A stretch of DNA of 64,000 nt from an uncultured Clostridium sp. (GTDB lineage Bacteria; Bacillota; Clostridia; TANB77; CAG-508), in contig USEM01000003.1 of the NCBI GenBank assembly GCA_900553695.1, positions 5,247 to 69,246 of the forward strand, given 5' to 3'. This document shows positions 9,717 to 20,869 of this stretch, piece after piece. The translations under genes and the position numbers were made by a program. The notes under the pieces were generated by a model. That model did no database searches, was not told the DNA's origin, and saw nothing but the letters and a program-made list of their open reading frames with translations. Within the stretch, counting starts at the first letter, position 1; each line of letters opens with the position of its first letter.

Positions 9717-11252
9717 CTATACTGCTACTCTTCTGTTACAATACCTTGGTATATAAAGCCTTTGGCCAACACTTATTTTATTTGGATTTTCTATATCATT
9801 TATTTTAGCAATATCTTCAACTGTGCTCTTGAATCTTTTTGCAATACTCCAAAGTGTATCTCCTTGTTTTACAAAGTAAATTACCATGCTGTATGTATTA
9901 CACTCTTTGCTTTCTTCCATTTCTACATTTTCAATCATATTTATTTTTCTACTTTTTTGTTCTGATAAGTTAAACTCCACACCTATTGTAACTTCAATGG
10001 TTCCGTCTCTTATTATAAAGTCATTTTGCTTAATTTTAAGTGTTGTTTCTACCATAGATTTTTCTTCGATTTTATCTGAAATCACGTCAAAATTATATGG
10101 TAAATCTACGCCTCTTGTATTTATTCCATTACTTTGTTCAAACATTATATTTAACCTTAAATTTCCTTCATAAATTACTTTTCCATTTCTAACTTGCATG
10201 TTGTTTATTGTTGGAGCAATTTGCACATCTAACACACGGCCTGTAACCTCTGGTATTCTAATGTTTTCTTTAGCTGTATACATATCTGTTATTCTATTTC
10301 GTTCTATTACAGCATTAACTTCCCTTTTTGTAAAAGTAATATCTTTTGTTATGCTGTATAAATCTTCTATCATGTTTATTTGCTTTGTTTCATAAGCTAG
10401 GCATGTAATATCAATGTCCGCTTCTATTGCAATTGAGTGTTCCTCATTGCTGTTTGGTTTTACTATAAGATTATTTAAGTTATTTTGAACTTCACATTCA
10501 CAATTTTCATTAACATTTTGCATATCTACAAAGCCCATTATTGGAATTTTAGTAGTTGCTGTATTTATTCTATTGTCTTCTGTTAAATACATTATTCTTA
10601 TAGAAGCATCTGCCTTTGAAAGTACTTTGTTATAGCTTATTTTAGTTTCTTCATCAACTATATCAAAATCTACTTTCATTATTTCTGCCATTTCATCTGC
10701 CATATCTATTGCTATTGTATCTTTTAAACTTACTTTGTTATTTCCACTTCCAACAAGCGAAGTAATAGTTTGGGTATCGCCAAGTTTTTCTATAGGTTCT
10801 CCTTTCCCAACTTCTGTTATAACATCACAATTTTCATTTGCATATATATTAACATTAGTATCTAAGTTTGCCTTTATACTTAACTTTCTACCATTGATAA
10901 TTTTTGTATCAAAATCTTTTATAGAAACTCTTACATCTGCTTGCATGTTTTCTTTGCAGTTATCCATATTTATAACTTGTGTAAAATCCATACTTGTATT
11001 TAAGCTTCTTATACTTCCTTGCTCATCATCTGCCATATATATTATGTAAGTATTTATTGCTCCATCTATTCTAATTTTGCCATCCATTACATCTTTTTTA
11101 TATATACTAATTACTCCATTTGTATTTATAACTTTTAATACATCTGGTTTAACATCATTTACTATTACATCTGTTTCGACCTGCCTATTTTCTCTCTTTT
11201 GTCCTACTATTTTGTTTAAAACAATTTGGTTTTTGGTTGTTTCTACTACCAT
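9717..11252 (-). CDS. DUF3794 (SPOCS-like) repeat protein with a C-terminal LysM domain
   Basis: 511 aa. The C-terminus VKQGDTLWSIAKRFKSTVEDIAKINDI...GQRLYIP is a LysM domain. SD GGGAGGT. Confidence 0.8.
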   Translation of the reverse strand: MVVETTKNQIVLNKIVGQKRENRQVETDVIVNDVKPDVLKVINTNGVISIYKKDVMDGKIRIDGAINTYIIYMADDEQGSIRSLNTSMDFTQVINMDNCKENMQADVRVSIKDFDTKIINGRKLSIKANLDTNVNIYANENCDVITEVGKGEPIEKLGDTQTITSLVGSGNNKVSLKDTIAIDMADEMAEIMKVDFDIVDEETKISYNKVLSKADASIRIMYLTEDNRINTATTKIPIMGFVDMQNVNENCECEVQNNLNNLIVKPNSNEEHSIAIEADIDITCLAYETKQINMIEDLYSITKDITFTKREVNAVIERNRITDMYTAKENIRIPEVTGRVLDVQIAPTINNMQVRNGKVIYEGNLRLNIMFEQSNGINTRGVDLPYNFDVISDKIEEKSMVETTLKIKQNDFIIRDGTIEVTIGVEFNLSEQKSRKINMIENVEMEESKECNTYSMVIYFVKQGDTLWSIAKRFKSTVEDIAKINDIENPNKISVGQRLYIPRYCNRRVAV

Positions 11253-11322
11253 ATTATTACCTCCCTTAATTATTAAATTATATTAGGAGGAATAAAAAAA
11301 ATTCCTAAATTTTAGGAATTTT

Positions 11323-11604
11323 TTAAAATTTTGTTCTTAATATTGATGGTACTAATGGAAAATATTCTTCCCCATTGAATATTGATATTTCTAATTCATT
11401 TGCAAGTATATCTTTATATTTATAACATGCATTTGTCTCTTTTTCTTCACTCTTTACTCTAAAAATGTCTGGATAGGTATTTTCTATAATTGCTTTCTCT
11501 TCAAAGAATTTCTTTCTTCCCATTGCTCCTCTTATCATAACTTTTTGTCCTATGTTTTTATCAAGTTCAGCTTTAATGTTTGAGATATCCATTTGGCAAA
11601 TCAT
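11323..11604 (-). CDS. veg: Veg family protein
   Basis: Small protein with ...IKAELDKNIGQKVMIRGAMGRKK...YPDIFRV... typical of Veg. The start was chosen about 10 nt after GGAGAGGA. Confidence 0.85.
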   Translation of the reverse strand: MICQMDISNIKAELDKNIGQKVMIRGAMGRKKFFEEKAIIENTYPDIFRVKSEEKETNACYKYKDILANELEISIFNGEEYFPLVPSILRTKF

Positions 11605-11758
11605 ATGAAACACATCCTCTCCATTAATTTACGAGGATTATATCATGGGAACATAAAATTGTCAAAAATTGTTTTATTATGTCAAATCTAGCTATCAGAG
11701 TAATTTCAATGGTTTCGTGGTATGTTTCTTTATTTATTACATTTTCATTACATTTTTG

Positions 11759-12565
11759 TTACATAAATATTGCCTGTTTTTTTCCCATTGCTCCAACTCC
11801 ATTTATTCCTTTTTCACCTTCTTTAATTTCTTTTGAAATGTCGTGTCCACTTACAAATTTGCTCTTATCTGTTGTAGCAATTTTTTCTGCTACTATTAGT
11901 GGATCTACAAAATCTATTAGGATTCTTCCTGGTGATGATGCAAAATCTGCCCCAGCATCTATTAGTGCTTCAAAAAAGCTCTGGCAAGCTCCCGCAAAAA
12001 TTACTAATTTACTTGAACTTCTAGCCCACTTCCTGGCTTCTTTTACTGTGTTTATAAAGTTCTTTGAATTTCTGTAATTATATATATTTGAATAACTTAT
12101 TCCTTTTTTTAGCATTGCATCATGTCCTGTTATGATTAATATATCTGGCTTATACCTTTCAAGCAATCCTCTTACAACCTGAGCCTGCATACGTTCTGGA
12201 ATGTTTTTTACAACTGCATTTAAACCTAGTTTTTTATAATATCTTGCAGATTTTTCGCTATATCTTCGGTCTCCATCTAAATGCAATATTCTTCCTGTTT
12301 TTATATTTACTCCTTTTGTTTGTTTTTTGTAATTATTTATTCTTGCAATTAGCATTTTATCTATTTCTTTTTTGCTATTTATTACCCTACTTTCATCTAC
12401 TTTCTCTATATCTTGAAGTGGTGCATCTGCCTCAACTCTAAAGGTTACACCTTTCAAAATTGCCAATGCATTTCCATCTTTCAAATTAATTATTCTATCC
12501 ACAGCAAAAACAATATCATTACCATATGATTTTCTGGTAACATATTCTCCTTTTTTCACTTTCAA
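11759..12565 (-). CDS. yabG: sporulation-specific protease YabG
   Basis: Similarity to the YabG (U57) family (ILHLDGD...ILIITGHDA...AGACQS). TTG start after GAGGTGA. Confidence 0.85.
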   Translation of the reverse strand: MKVKKGEYVTRKSYGNDIVFAVDRIINLKDGNALAILKGVTFRVEADAPLQDIEKVDESRVINSKKEIDKMLIARINNYKKQTKGVNIKTGRILHLDGDRRYSEKSARYYKKLGLNAVVKNIPERMQAQVVRGLLERYKPDILIITGHDAMLKKGISYSNIYNYRNSKNFINTVKEARKWARSSSKLVIFAGACQSFFEALIDAGADFASSPGRILIDFVDPLIVAEKIATTDKSKFVSGHDISKEIKEGEKGINGVGAMGKKQAIFM

Positions 12566-12711
12566 AATTATCACCTCAAATATTATCGGTTACTATATTT
12601 TATGTCGAATTTTGCTCTAATGTTATCTTTTGAACTTTTTTGCCATTTATTGTTGTATAAAATTTTTCAAAATGATATAATGTGATAAATTAAAACAAAG
12701 GAGTAAAAGTT

Positions 12712-14271
12712 ATGAATAATCATATTCTTTTAGAAAGAATGGATGAAGCAGATATATTCCTACTTGATAATTTAAATGAACAAAATAAATTTAAAAATCC
12801 CAATGATGTAAATGTTAGAATTTTATTATATAATTTGGATCTTGTTAGTGAGCAATTAGATGAAAATGAAAACAGTATATTAAGAAAAAGGTTAGATAAA
12901 ATTCGTAGAGTTTTTAGATATGCTAGTAATTATCGTCTTGAATCTTGGGAATTAAATGATGCACAAGATTATTTAAAATATATAGCTGACACAAAAAAAA
13001 CTTATGTACAAGGAATTGATGATACAGAACAAGCTTTATCTAATATTGTAAATGCGCTAAGAGCAGATCATGTTCCTGATGAATACTCCATTAATTATGT
13101 ATTAGCACAAAATGGTGCAAATGGATTAACTCGTGAACAACAAAATAGATTTGAAGTATTTGTTCCTCTTATAAATAAGATTTCCGAAATAGAAAAACTC
13201 GCTGAAGCTGAGGTTCAAAAAACTGCCTCTACCCCTACTACACAAGCTCTAGTTGTTCAAAAAGAACGACCTGCATTTCTAAAGAAAATTTTAGACTTCT
13301 TTAAAAATAAATTTTCAAAACATCCATCAACTAAGCAAGAAACTAAACCACTAAATAGTTATCAACATATAGAACCTGCAACTGTTGAAACAAAGCCTTA
13401 TGAGCCAAGTTTCAGAAAAGAAATTAAGCAAACTCCTTCTAACCCAACAGCTAATAATAGACCAGTTCAAACTAGAGACCATATAGTTATAAGTGACCTT
13501 CATGGTGATTTTGAGCATTGGAGTAAAATTAGATTTGAACTAAACAAAAATCCAAATTTAAAAGTTACTATATTAGGAGATGCCATGGATCGTGGTGAAT
13601 TCGGGCCTGAAATATTATTACAGATAAAAGAATTAAGTGACAAGGGCGTTGTTCAATACTTACCTGGAAATCATGATATATTTGCATACAATTATGTAAA
13701 AATGAGAAATGCACCTAGTAGTCAAGCTTTTACTATGGCAAAATCACATTTGGAACGCAATGGTGGTAAATCTACTATGAAAAAACTAGATAATTTCCAA
13801 GAAGTTGTGGCAAAAGCAATTGCAAGCAAACAAATAGAAAAAAATATATCTCTTCATGAATTAGTTGATTGGTTAGGTAATCAACCAATACAGAAAAAAG
13901 TAACAGAAAACAATAATTTATATAACTTATCTCATGCTGTATTTGATGAAAAACTATATGCTTACGATAAAAACTTCAATTTAAGCAAGGCTTTATCCCT
14001 TGAGCTAAACGGTGGTAAGAATTCTGAAATGTATAAAAGGTTTTTAAATTGCATGTGGTATAGGACTGATGATACTAGAACTCATTTCTATGACCTTGCA
14101 TTACCTCAAAGTGGAATTTCTGTTGTTGGTCATACACCTCAAAAAGAAGTAAATTTGCAACATATTCAAAATCGACCAGTAATTGTTGTTGATACTGGAA
14201 ATGGTTCTTTTAGTGGTTATAGTTTAAACAGTAGTAAAAATATAGATTTTGAAGATCCACGTTACAGATAA
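12712..14271 (+). CDS. PPP-family metallophosphoesterase with a long N-terminal domain of unknown function
   Basis: C-terminal half carries DLHGD...GDAMDRG...GNHD phosphoesterase motifs. SD AAAGGAG. Confidence 0.75.
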   Translation: MNNHILLERMDEADIFLLDNLNEQNKFKNPNDVNVRILLYNLDLVSEQLDENENSILRKRLDKIRRVFRYASNYRLESWELNDAQDYLKYIADTKKTYVQGIDDTEQALSNIVNALRADHVPDEYSINYVLAQNGANGLTREQQNRFEVFVPLINKISEIEKLAEAEVQKTASTPTTQALVVQKERPAFLKKILDFFKNKFSKHPSTKQETKPLNSYQHIEPATVETKPYEPSFRKEIKQTPSNPTANNRPVQTRDHIVISDLHGDFEHWSKIRFELNKNPNLKVTILGDAMDRGEFGPEILLQIKELSDKGVVQYLPGNHDIFAYNYVKMRNAPSSQAFTMAKSHLERNGGKSTMKKLDNFQEVVAKAIASKQIEKNISLHELVDWLGNQPIQKKVTENNNLYNLSHAVFDEKLYAYDKNFNLSKALSLELNGGKNSEMYKRFLNCMWYRTDDTRTHFYDLALPQSGISVVGHTPQKEVNLQHIQNRPVIVVDTGNGSFSGYSLNSSKNIDFEDPRYR

Positions 14272-14359
14272 AAAATTCAGGACTTTATCCTGAATTTTTT
14301 CTTGTATAATTTGCGTTTTAGTGATATAATCTTACCATAATTTATAAGGAGGTTTTTTT

Positions 14360-15622
14360 ATGCAAATACCATTTAAAAAAGCAAACATATTATTACCAAA
14401 GAATGCAGATATGCATAAATGGTCAGTTGTAGCTTGTGATCAATATACATCTGAACCTAAATACTGGGAAGAAGTTGAAAATATTGTAGGAGATGCTCCA
14501 TCAACTTTAAAAATAACTTTACCTGAAATATATCTTGAAAAAGAAAACGTTTCAGATAAAATAACAAAAATAAATGAAGAAATGGATAGACTTTTAAGTG
14601 AAGATTTCTTCAAAACATTAACAGATTCTTTAATCTACCTAGAAAGAACATGTAAAGATGGAAAGGTTAGAAAAGGAATTGTTGGTATGGTAGACTTAGA
14701 AGACTATTCATACGAAAAAGGTTCACAATCATTAATAAGAGCAACAGAAGGTACAGTTTTAGAAAGAATACCACCAAGAGTTAAAGTAAGAGAAAATGCA
14801 AAACTAGAATTACCACACGTAATGCTTTTAATTGATGACGAAAAGAAGGAAATTATTGAGGGCTTAGCAGATAAAGTAACTAGTGATGATGTTGTATACG
14901 ATTTTGATTTAATGCAAAACGGTGGACACATTAAAGGTTATAAGATTCCTGAAAACTTAGTAGAAGGTGTTTTTGCAGGTTTAGAAGAACTTGCCGACAA
15001 AGACAATTTCGAAGCAAAATATAACGTTCATGATAAAGGAGTTTTACTATTCTCTGTTGGAGATGGTAACCACTCTTTAGCTACTGCAAAAGCTTGCTAT
15101 GAAAATTTAAAGAAAGTATTACCAAAAGAAGAATATGAAAATCACCCTGCAAGATATGCTTTAGTTGAAGTTGTAAACCTACATAGTGATGCATTAGAAT
15201 TCGAACCAATACACAGAGTTGTATTTGATGTAGAACCTGCAAAAATGATTGAGGAATTCGAAAAATATTATGATGTATCTAGAACTGAAGGAGAAGGACA
15301 AAGAGTTGAATATGTTTATGAAGGAAAATCAGAAGTTCTATATATTAAGAACCCAAAATCAAATTTAGCAGTTGGTTCTCTACAAATGTTCATAGATGAA
15401 TACATCAAAAATCATGGTGGAAAAGTTGATTATATCCATGGTGATGATGTAACAAGAGAATTAGGAAGCAAACCAGGAAATATAGGTTTCTTATTACCAA
15501 ATATGAAGAAAACAGACTTATTTAAAACTGTAATATTAGATGGAGCTTTACCTAGAAAAACATTCTCAATGGGACATAGCTATGACAAGAGATACTACTT
15601 AGAAGCAAGAAAAATTAAATAA
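14360..15622 (+). CDS. DUF1015 domain protein
   Basis: 420 aa with N-terminal ...ILLPKNADMHKWSVVACDQYTSEP... and GDGNHS motifs typical of DUF1015. SD AAGGAGG. Confidence 0.8.
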   Translation: MQIPFKKANILLPKNADMHKWSVVACDQYTSEPKYWEEVENIVGDAPSTLKITLPEIYLEKENVSDKITKINEEMDRLLSEDFFKTLTDSLIYLERTCKDGKVRKGIVGMVDLEDYSYEKGSQSLIRATEGTVLERIPPRVKVRENAKLELPHVMLLIDDEKKEIIEGLADKVTSDDVVYDFDLMQNGGHIKGYKIPENLVEGVFAGLEELADKDNFEAKYNVHDKGVLLFSVGDGNHSLATAKACYENLKKVLPKEEYENHPARYALVEVVNLHSDALEFEPIHRVVFDVEPAKMIEEFEKYYDVSRTEGEGQRVEYVYEGKSEVLYIKNPKSNLAVGSLQMFIDEYIKNHGGKVDYIHGDDVTRELGSKPGNIGFLLPNMKKTDLFKTVILDGALPRKTFSMGHSYDKRYYLEARKIK

Positions 15623-15653
15623 AACATGTAAAAAGGGACAATAAAATGTCCCT

Positions 15654-15923
15654 TTAAATTTTATATTTTTCATGCTCTTTTTCATATTTAAGTTTAGTTG
15701 CCATTCCTCCTCTTATGTGTCTTTCTGCTTTATTTTCATCAAGCACCTTTCTTACTTCTATTGCTAATGCCTGATTTATATGTATTAATCTTTCGCTAAC
15801 ATCTTTATGTACTGTTGATTTAGAAACCCCAAATTTCCTAGCCGCTCCTCTTACAGTATCTCCTGTATCTATTATATATTGTGCTAGATTAATAGCACGG
15901 TCCTCTATTGATACTCCTCTCAT
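15654..15923 (-). CDS. spoIIID: sporulation transcriptional regulator SpoIIID
   Basis: 89 aa. FGVSKSTVHKDVSERL HTH and RHIRGGMATKLKY closely match SpoIIID. Confidence 0.9.
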   Translation of the reverse strand: MRGVSIEDRAINLAQYIIDTGDTVRGAARKFGVSKSTVHKDVSERLIHINQALAIEVRKVLDENKAERHIRGGMATKLKYEKEHEKYKI

Positions 15924-16018
15924 ATAAAAACCCCCATATGAATACTTTTGTTTAAGTGTATTCGTATGGGGGCTTGATTATGTCATATACATTTTTTAAA
16001 AGTTATTTATGTATATAA

Positions 16019-16949
16019 CTATGCCGCTTCTATAGATTTTACTAGTTCTCTAGAAAGATTAAATATAAATTCTAGAATGTCATAGTAGTCTTTTAATTGG
16101 CTATAATCTATAGCGCTTTTAAATAAACTTGTTTCAAATTTTCCGTACCGTAAAGAATCTTATATAAATCTTTTTTTCTTTTATTGTTACTTCAAATTTT
16201 ATGTCCTTTTGCTTTCTAAAATCTACCATTATTTGCATTACATCTGCTGTTAAAATTCGCATAGTTTCTATTGGATCAAATGAAAATACGTCAAAATATT
16301 CTTCAAATTCTGTAGAATCTGTTTGAACTTGTACTTTTGCCTCTGGTCCCATTGTAAGAAATTTAACTATTGCACCTTTATCTGCTTTATCTGTACTTAT
16401 TGCTATTGATGTGGATACACTTTTGTTACAATCTAAAGATTCAAAAATACCATAAAAGCTAGTTACTTCATCTTTGTTACCCTTTTCATCTTCAACCAAA
16501 CTTGTAGTAAGCACTTCTGCAAACTCCAATTTATTTTTTCCATCTAGCATTCCTTCTACATACCCACTTGAACGATATCTATCATATTTATCAAAAAAGC
16601 CATGAGAATATTTTGCAGCTTCTATCCCACGATGTGGAGAATATGTAAAACCCTCAGCAATATTTTTTATGAATTTTTCTGTTACTTGTTCTTTAAATCC
16701 ATTGTTTTTTGTATCTTCTCTTTTTTTATTTGTTACAACAAAAAAAGTTACTATACTAAAAACGATTATTCCAAGCATAATACCAAACTCTTTTTCTTCT
16801 AAAAACATTTGCGGCAATACAAAAAAGCAGTATAAAAATGTCACTAACAATACTCCTATATTTTTATATAAAAAACCTTTTCGCCTTTTTTCAAATTCTT
16901 CATAATTTTCCTTATAAATTTCCTCATATATTTCGTTAAAACTTCTCAT
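16019..16949 (-). CDS. DUF3137-like two-TM membrane protein, C-terminus extended via CGG (16143-16145) +1 change
   Basis: The zero frame ends ...FFTV-R-KI*. The +1 frame after GTA-CGG-A stays open for 41 sense codons (G-KFETSLFKSAIDYSQLKDYYDILEFIFNLSRELVKSIEAA). This fills an otherwise empty 210-bp gap. Confidence 0.6.
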
Positions 16950-16964
16950 ATAACAACTCTCCTT

Positions 16965-18044
16965 TTATTTTTCATTTCTCCTAGATTCTCTAATTATCTT
17001 TATTGTACTTGAAATAAGTAGTTTAATCATTTTTTCAATTTCCTTTTTGTCCTCTTCTTTTCTGTTTTTATATGTAGTTAATATTTGACCAATTTTTTTA
17101 ACTGTATCTATTCTAAAGTCACTAACTTCAGTTGCTTTTGTTGTTAATATTATTTCATAAAGCATGTCTATAAAATCTTTTCTCTCCTCTGGAGTTGTAT
17201 TTTTAAGCCAATCCCTAAGGATTCCATTAAATATTTCACTGTTTGTAGTAACTCTTTCAATTCTTACTAATTTATCACCTTCAATTTCCCAAGAAAAAAT
17301 ATCATGTTGCATAAATCCCTTTTGATTGCTTTTTATAACTTGATATTCTTCCTCGTGTTCTAGAAGTCTTCCTACTACTGAAGATTGTGGAATATATGTT
17401 TCTATTTTTTTCAATACTTTTCTATATTCCGGCGTTTGTATAACACTTTTATCAAAACCTGGTCCATCTGCATTTATTATTTTTTTTATTTTTGGTTTAA
17501 TTTCATCTTCGCAAAAAACTGCTGCATATACGGCCAAATTGCCTCCTTTTGAATGTCCGCCTAAGATGAAATCTTCTTTATATTTCTTTGCAACATCATT
17601 TAAATAAACTACAGACTCTATTTGTGAAGGTACATTTTCCATAAAGCTCATATTAAAATCTTCTTTCCAGCCAACTAAGGTTGAATCTGTACCTCTATAT
17701 GAGATGTATTTTATCTTGGGCAAGTTTATTGTTATTGCTGCAAATTGCTTTTCTGCTGAATTATCTAATATTTCTACATAATCTGTTACAACAATATCTT
17801 TATATCTCTTTGCTTTTCCAAGTTCTTGCAAAAAAGGCTTATCATCTGCCCAAATATATTTTGCTTGTTCTAAGTCTTTCATTTTTGTTGCAATGCTTTC
17901 AATTGTTTCATTAGCACACATATCAATATATTTAAATGGCATATATGAAATCCTTGCAAATATCATATCATCTATTTCATTCATTTTCTTTTCTTCTAAT
18001 ACATAGTTTCCATTTGCTTTTACATAATCTATTAAGTTTATCAT
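16965..18044 (-). CDS. Mbeg1-like/DUF2974 alpha/beta-hydrolase (lipase-like) protein
   Basis: GGHSKGGNLAVYAA nucleophile elbow. Start at the ATG preceded by AGGAGGAAACCCA. Confidence 0.7.
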   Translation of the reverse strand: MINLIDYVKANGNYVLEEKKMNEIDDMIFARISYMPFKYIDMCANETIESIATKMKDLEQAKYIWADDKPFLQELGKAKRYKDIVVTDYVEILDNSAEKQFAAITINLPKIKYISYRGTDSTLVGWKEDFNMSFMENVPSQIESVVYLNDVAKKYKEDFILGGHSKGGNLAVYAAVFCEDEIKPKIKKIINADGPGFDKSVIQTPEYRKVLKKIETYIPQSSVVGRLLEHEEEYQVIKSNQKGFMQHDIFSWEIEGDKLVRIERVTTNSEIFNGILRDWLKNTTPEERKDFIDMLYEIILTTKATEVSDFRIDTVKKIGQILTTYKNRKEEDKKEIEKMIKLLISSTIKIIRESRRNEK

Positions 18045-18094
18045 TGGGTTTCCTCCTATGGTATATACTACCATATTTAGATACTTTTTTCAAT

Positions 18095-18946
18095 TTAAAT
18101 TTTATTATTTTGTAAAAATTTCTTTCCCTCTTTATACCCAAGTTCATACAGCTCATCTATCTTAGAATAGTCAAGCAAAGCTATATTTTCTGTTTTTAGT
18201 GTAAGCAAATAATCAGCTCCATCTAGTTCATAATTAGATAGCTCATGGCACAAAATACTTATTGATTTTGATACAATATCTATAATATTCTTGTTCTTTT
18301 TTAATTCTTTTTCACTTTGAAATTTTATACAAAAAACTTTGTCTGCACCACATAATTTTGCCGTTTTCCAAGGCAAATTCTCCCTTATTCCTCCATCTAT
18401 TAGTTCTGTATCTTTATACTCACATGGTGAAAAAACTCCTGGATAGCTACAACTTGCACGTACTGCCTTTCCTATTCCTATACTGTTTATGTATTTTATA
18501 TCATCTAAAAACCTACCTCTTTTTTCCATGTTAGAGAAGATATATAGTCCACCACTATTTAAGTCTACACTTGGAATTATTACGTTCTTTTTTATTTGGT
18601 TTATATTGCAAATTTCCTTTACCTTTGCCGCTTCTGTTATTGATTTTTCAATTACGTCACCACTGTTTAAGCCATCAATTATAATTGTACCTTTTACTAT
18701 TACACCAACTAAAAATTTCATAACATTTTTAAAATCTATACATCTAATTTTTTTAGAGTACTTTTTAAAAAGTTTGTAAATTTCGTCTGAATTGTACCCC
18801 ATTGCATTTAAACTTGCTACTATACTTCCTGATGATGTTCCTGTTATATAGTCATATTCTAAGTTTTCCTCTTCAATTGCCTTTAAAACACCTATATGGG
18901 CAGCTCCTTTTACGCCACCACCAGCTAAACAAACTGCTAAACTCAT
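18095..18946 (-). CDS. patatin-like phospholipase
   Basis: GGGVKG oxyanion motif, GTSSGS (GxSxG) and a DGG motif. Confidence 0.85.
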   Translation of the reverse strand: MSLAVCLAGGGVKGAAHIGVLKAIEEENLEYDYITGTSSGSIVASLNAMGYNSDEIYKLFKKYSKKIRCIDFKNVMKFLVGVIVKGTIIIDGLNSGDVIEKSITEAAKVKEICNINQIKKNVIIPSVDLNSGGLYIFSNMEKRGRFLDDIKYINSIGIGKAVRASCSYPGVFSPCEYKDTELIDGGIRENLPWKTAKLCGADKVFCIKFQSEKELKKNKNIIDIVSKSISILCHELSNYELDGADYLLTLKTENIALLDYSKIDELYELGYKEGKKFLQNNKI

Positions 18947-18973
18947 AAAAATCACCTTAGATTATTATATTAT

Positions 18974-19618
18974 CTAAGGTGATTTCTTGCTACTTTTATA
19001 AAATGCACAGTATTTGTTTATTGGGCATTCTAAACATTTTGGTTTTCGTGCATCACAAATATTTCTGCCATGCCAAACGAGTATATGATTTACATCTTTA
19101 TAATATTTTTTAGGAATTAGTTTTAAAATGTCCTGTTCTATCTTTTCTGGTAACGTTTCTTTTGATAAACCTACTCTATTTGCAATTCTCTTTGCATGTG
19201 TATCTATTGCTATTCCTTGTGGGTTATTGAAAGCTTCTAGCATTATTACATTAGCACTTTTTCTGCCAACCCCTGGAAGTTTAATTAACTCTTCCATATT
19301 TTCTGGAATTTTGCCATTGTATTTTTCCAAAACATCTTCTGCCATTGCTTTTATATTTTTGGCTTTGTTTTTATAAAACCCACATGGGTGTATAATTCTT
19401 TCTAATTCCTCTATATCCATTTTGCAAATGCTTTCTGGTGTTCCATACTTTTCAAATAATAGTGGTGTTGTTTTATTAACTCTCTCATCTGTACATTGTG
19501 CAGAAAGCATAACAGCTACAGTCATTTCAAATGGAGTTTTAAAATCTAAACTACATGTTGCTTCTGGATAATATTCTTTTAATATTTCTATAATTTTTAT
19601 TGCCTGCTTTTGGTTCAT
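18974..19618 (-). CDS. nth: endonuclease III
   Basis: HhH-GPD motif (LPGVGRKSANV) and a C-terminal Cx6Cx2Cx5C Fe-S cluster. Confidence 0.95.
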   Translation of the reverse strand: MNQKQAIKIIEILKEYYPEATCSLDFKTPFEMTVAVMLSAQCTDERVNKTTPLLFEKYGTPESICKMDIEELERIIHPCGFYKNKAKNIKAMAEDVLEKYNGKIPENMEELIKLPGVGRKSANVIMLEAFNNPQGIAIDTHAKRIANRVGLSKETLPEKIEQDILKLIPKKYYKDVNHILVWHGRNICDARKPKCLECPINKYCAFYKSSKKSP

Positions 19619-19717
19619 GTGCTATCCCTCTCTATTTATTAGTATAGCATGAATTGTTTTTACTTTCAAGATATAAAAATATCCACAGCATATTGTGCAT
19701 ACTGTGGACGAATTTTA

Positions 19718-20467
19718 CTATTTTCCTATAAACATTTGAACAAATATTTTACCATATTTTGAACTTTTAACAACTGCAACTCCTGTGTAGTTAAAACTGC
19801 TGTTTAAGATATTTGCCTTATGACCTTCTGAGTTCATCCAAGCATTTACAGCACCTGTATTGCTTGAATTTCCTGCAATGTTTTCTCCTGCTGTTTTATA
19901 ACTTACACCAAAGCTTTTCATCATATCAAATGGAGAGCCATATGTTGGTGATGTATGTGAGAAATAGTTGTTTTTAACCATATCTTCAGCTTTTGCCCTT
20001 GCAACATTTTGAAGTTCTGCATCTACTTTAAGTGCAGAAAGTCTTGCAGCTGTTCTTTTTGCATTTATTAAATCAAACACCTCTTTTTCATCAGCTGTTA
20101 AACTGCTTCCATTATTTGTTGTTGTATTGTTTGTTGTATTATTGGTATTTTGATTATTTGAATTATTGCTTTTTGGGTATATTAATTTTACATATTTTGA
20201 GCTTACCATTCCTATATAATCACCATTTGTTTGTATTACATACCAGTCTCCTATTTTTGCAAAAACTCGTATATATTCATTTTTATAAATCATTGTTACT
20301 GTTTTATAATTTGTTCCTGGCCCTTGTCTTACATTAAGTGCAGATGCTGTAACTAAACCTGTTGTTGTTCCCACTGTTTGATAATGTGACATTGCCTTTG
20401 ATACAGTTGATATAGAAATTATAGTTATAAATAATATTAAAGCAATTATGAGTTTTTTTGTTTTCAA
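19718..20467 (-). CDS. secreted SH3b + CAP/SCP (YkwD-like) domain protein
   Basis: Signal peptide, SH3-like segment (LNVRQGPGTNYK), Asn/Thr linker, and a CAP domain (GENIA...WMNSEGHKANIL). Confidence 0.8.
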   Translation of the reverse strand: MKTKKLIIALILFITIISISTVSKAMSHYQTVGTTTGLVTASALNVRQGPGTNYKTVTMIYKNEYIRVFAKIGDWYVIQTNGDYIGMVSSKYVKLIYPKSNNSNNQNTNNTTNNTTTNNGSSLTADEKEVFDLINAKRTAARLSALKVDAELQNVARAKAEDMVKNNYFSHTSPTYGSPFDMMKSFGVSYKTAGENIAGNSSNTGAVNAWMNSEGHKANILNSSFNYTGVAVVKSSKYGKIFVQMFIGK

Positions 20468-20535
20468 AATTAATCATCTCCTTAATATTATTATTGTATT
20501 TAAAAAATAAAAATATTCAAAGAAAGATGAAAAAA

Positions 20536-20566
20536 CCCAGTTTGAATTCTCAAACCAGGTTTTAAA
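20536..20566 (-). terminator. putative intrinsic terminator closing the T4SS-like gene block
   Basis: On the minus strand, cctggtttga-gaat-tcaaactggg (10 bp with two G:U pairs) is followed by TTTTTT. Confidence 0.45.
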
Positions 20567-20571
20567 AGAGC

Positions 20572-20781
20572 TTAGATAAAGAATAGTGCGATGCAAATAG
20601 CTATGCCTATTCCACTCACTACAAGTGTCTTATGCCACTCAATGCGATCACTCTTTCTGCCTTTCCATGCGAAGTAGATTTTACCTGCATTAATTGCCAT
20701 AGCAATAACTACAAGGACTACTGCAAAATCGTGGTTAATAAAGATTGCAATGAAGAACAAGAGAAAAAATACAAATGACAT
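20572..20781 (-). CDS. small two-TM membrane protein
   Basis: 69-aa hydrophobic ORF with no recognisable family. Confidence 0.5.
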   Translation of the reverse strand: MSFVFFLLFFIAIFINHDFAVVLVVIAMAINAGKIYFAWKGRKSDRIEWHKTLVVSGIGIAICIALFFI

Positions 20782-20869
20782 AGTAAGTGTCTCCTTTTCA
20801 TATTATCCTGAACGGATTATTTATTTGTTGTACCTTAATTATACCACATTATGTAAATTTTTTCAATTT

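Noticed and set aside
12603-12609. Spo0A-box-like TGTCGAA in the yabG/phosphoesterase intergenic region (another copy on the opposite strand at about 52707-52713).
   Set aside because: These are single 7-mers expected by chance in 64 kb. The 52.7 kb copy is part of a terminator-like inverted repeat. There is no further support.
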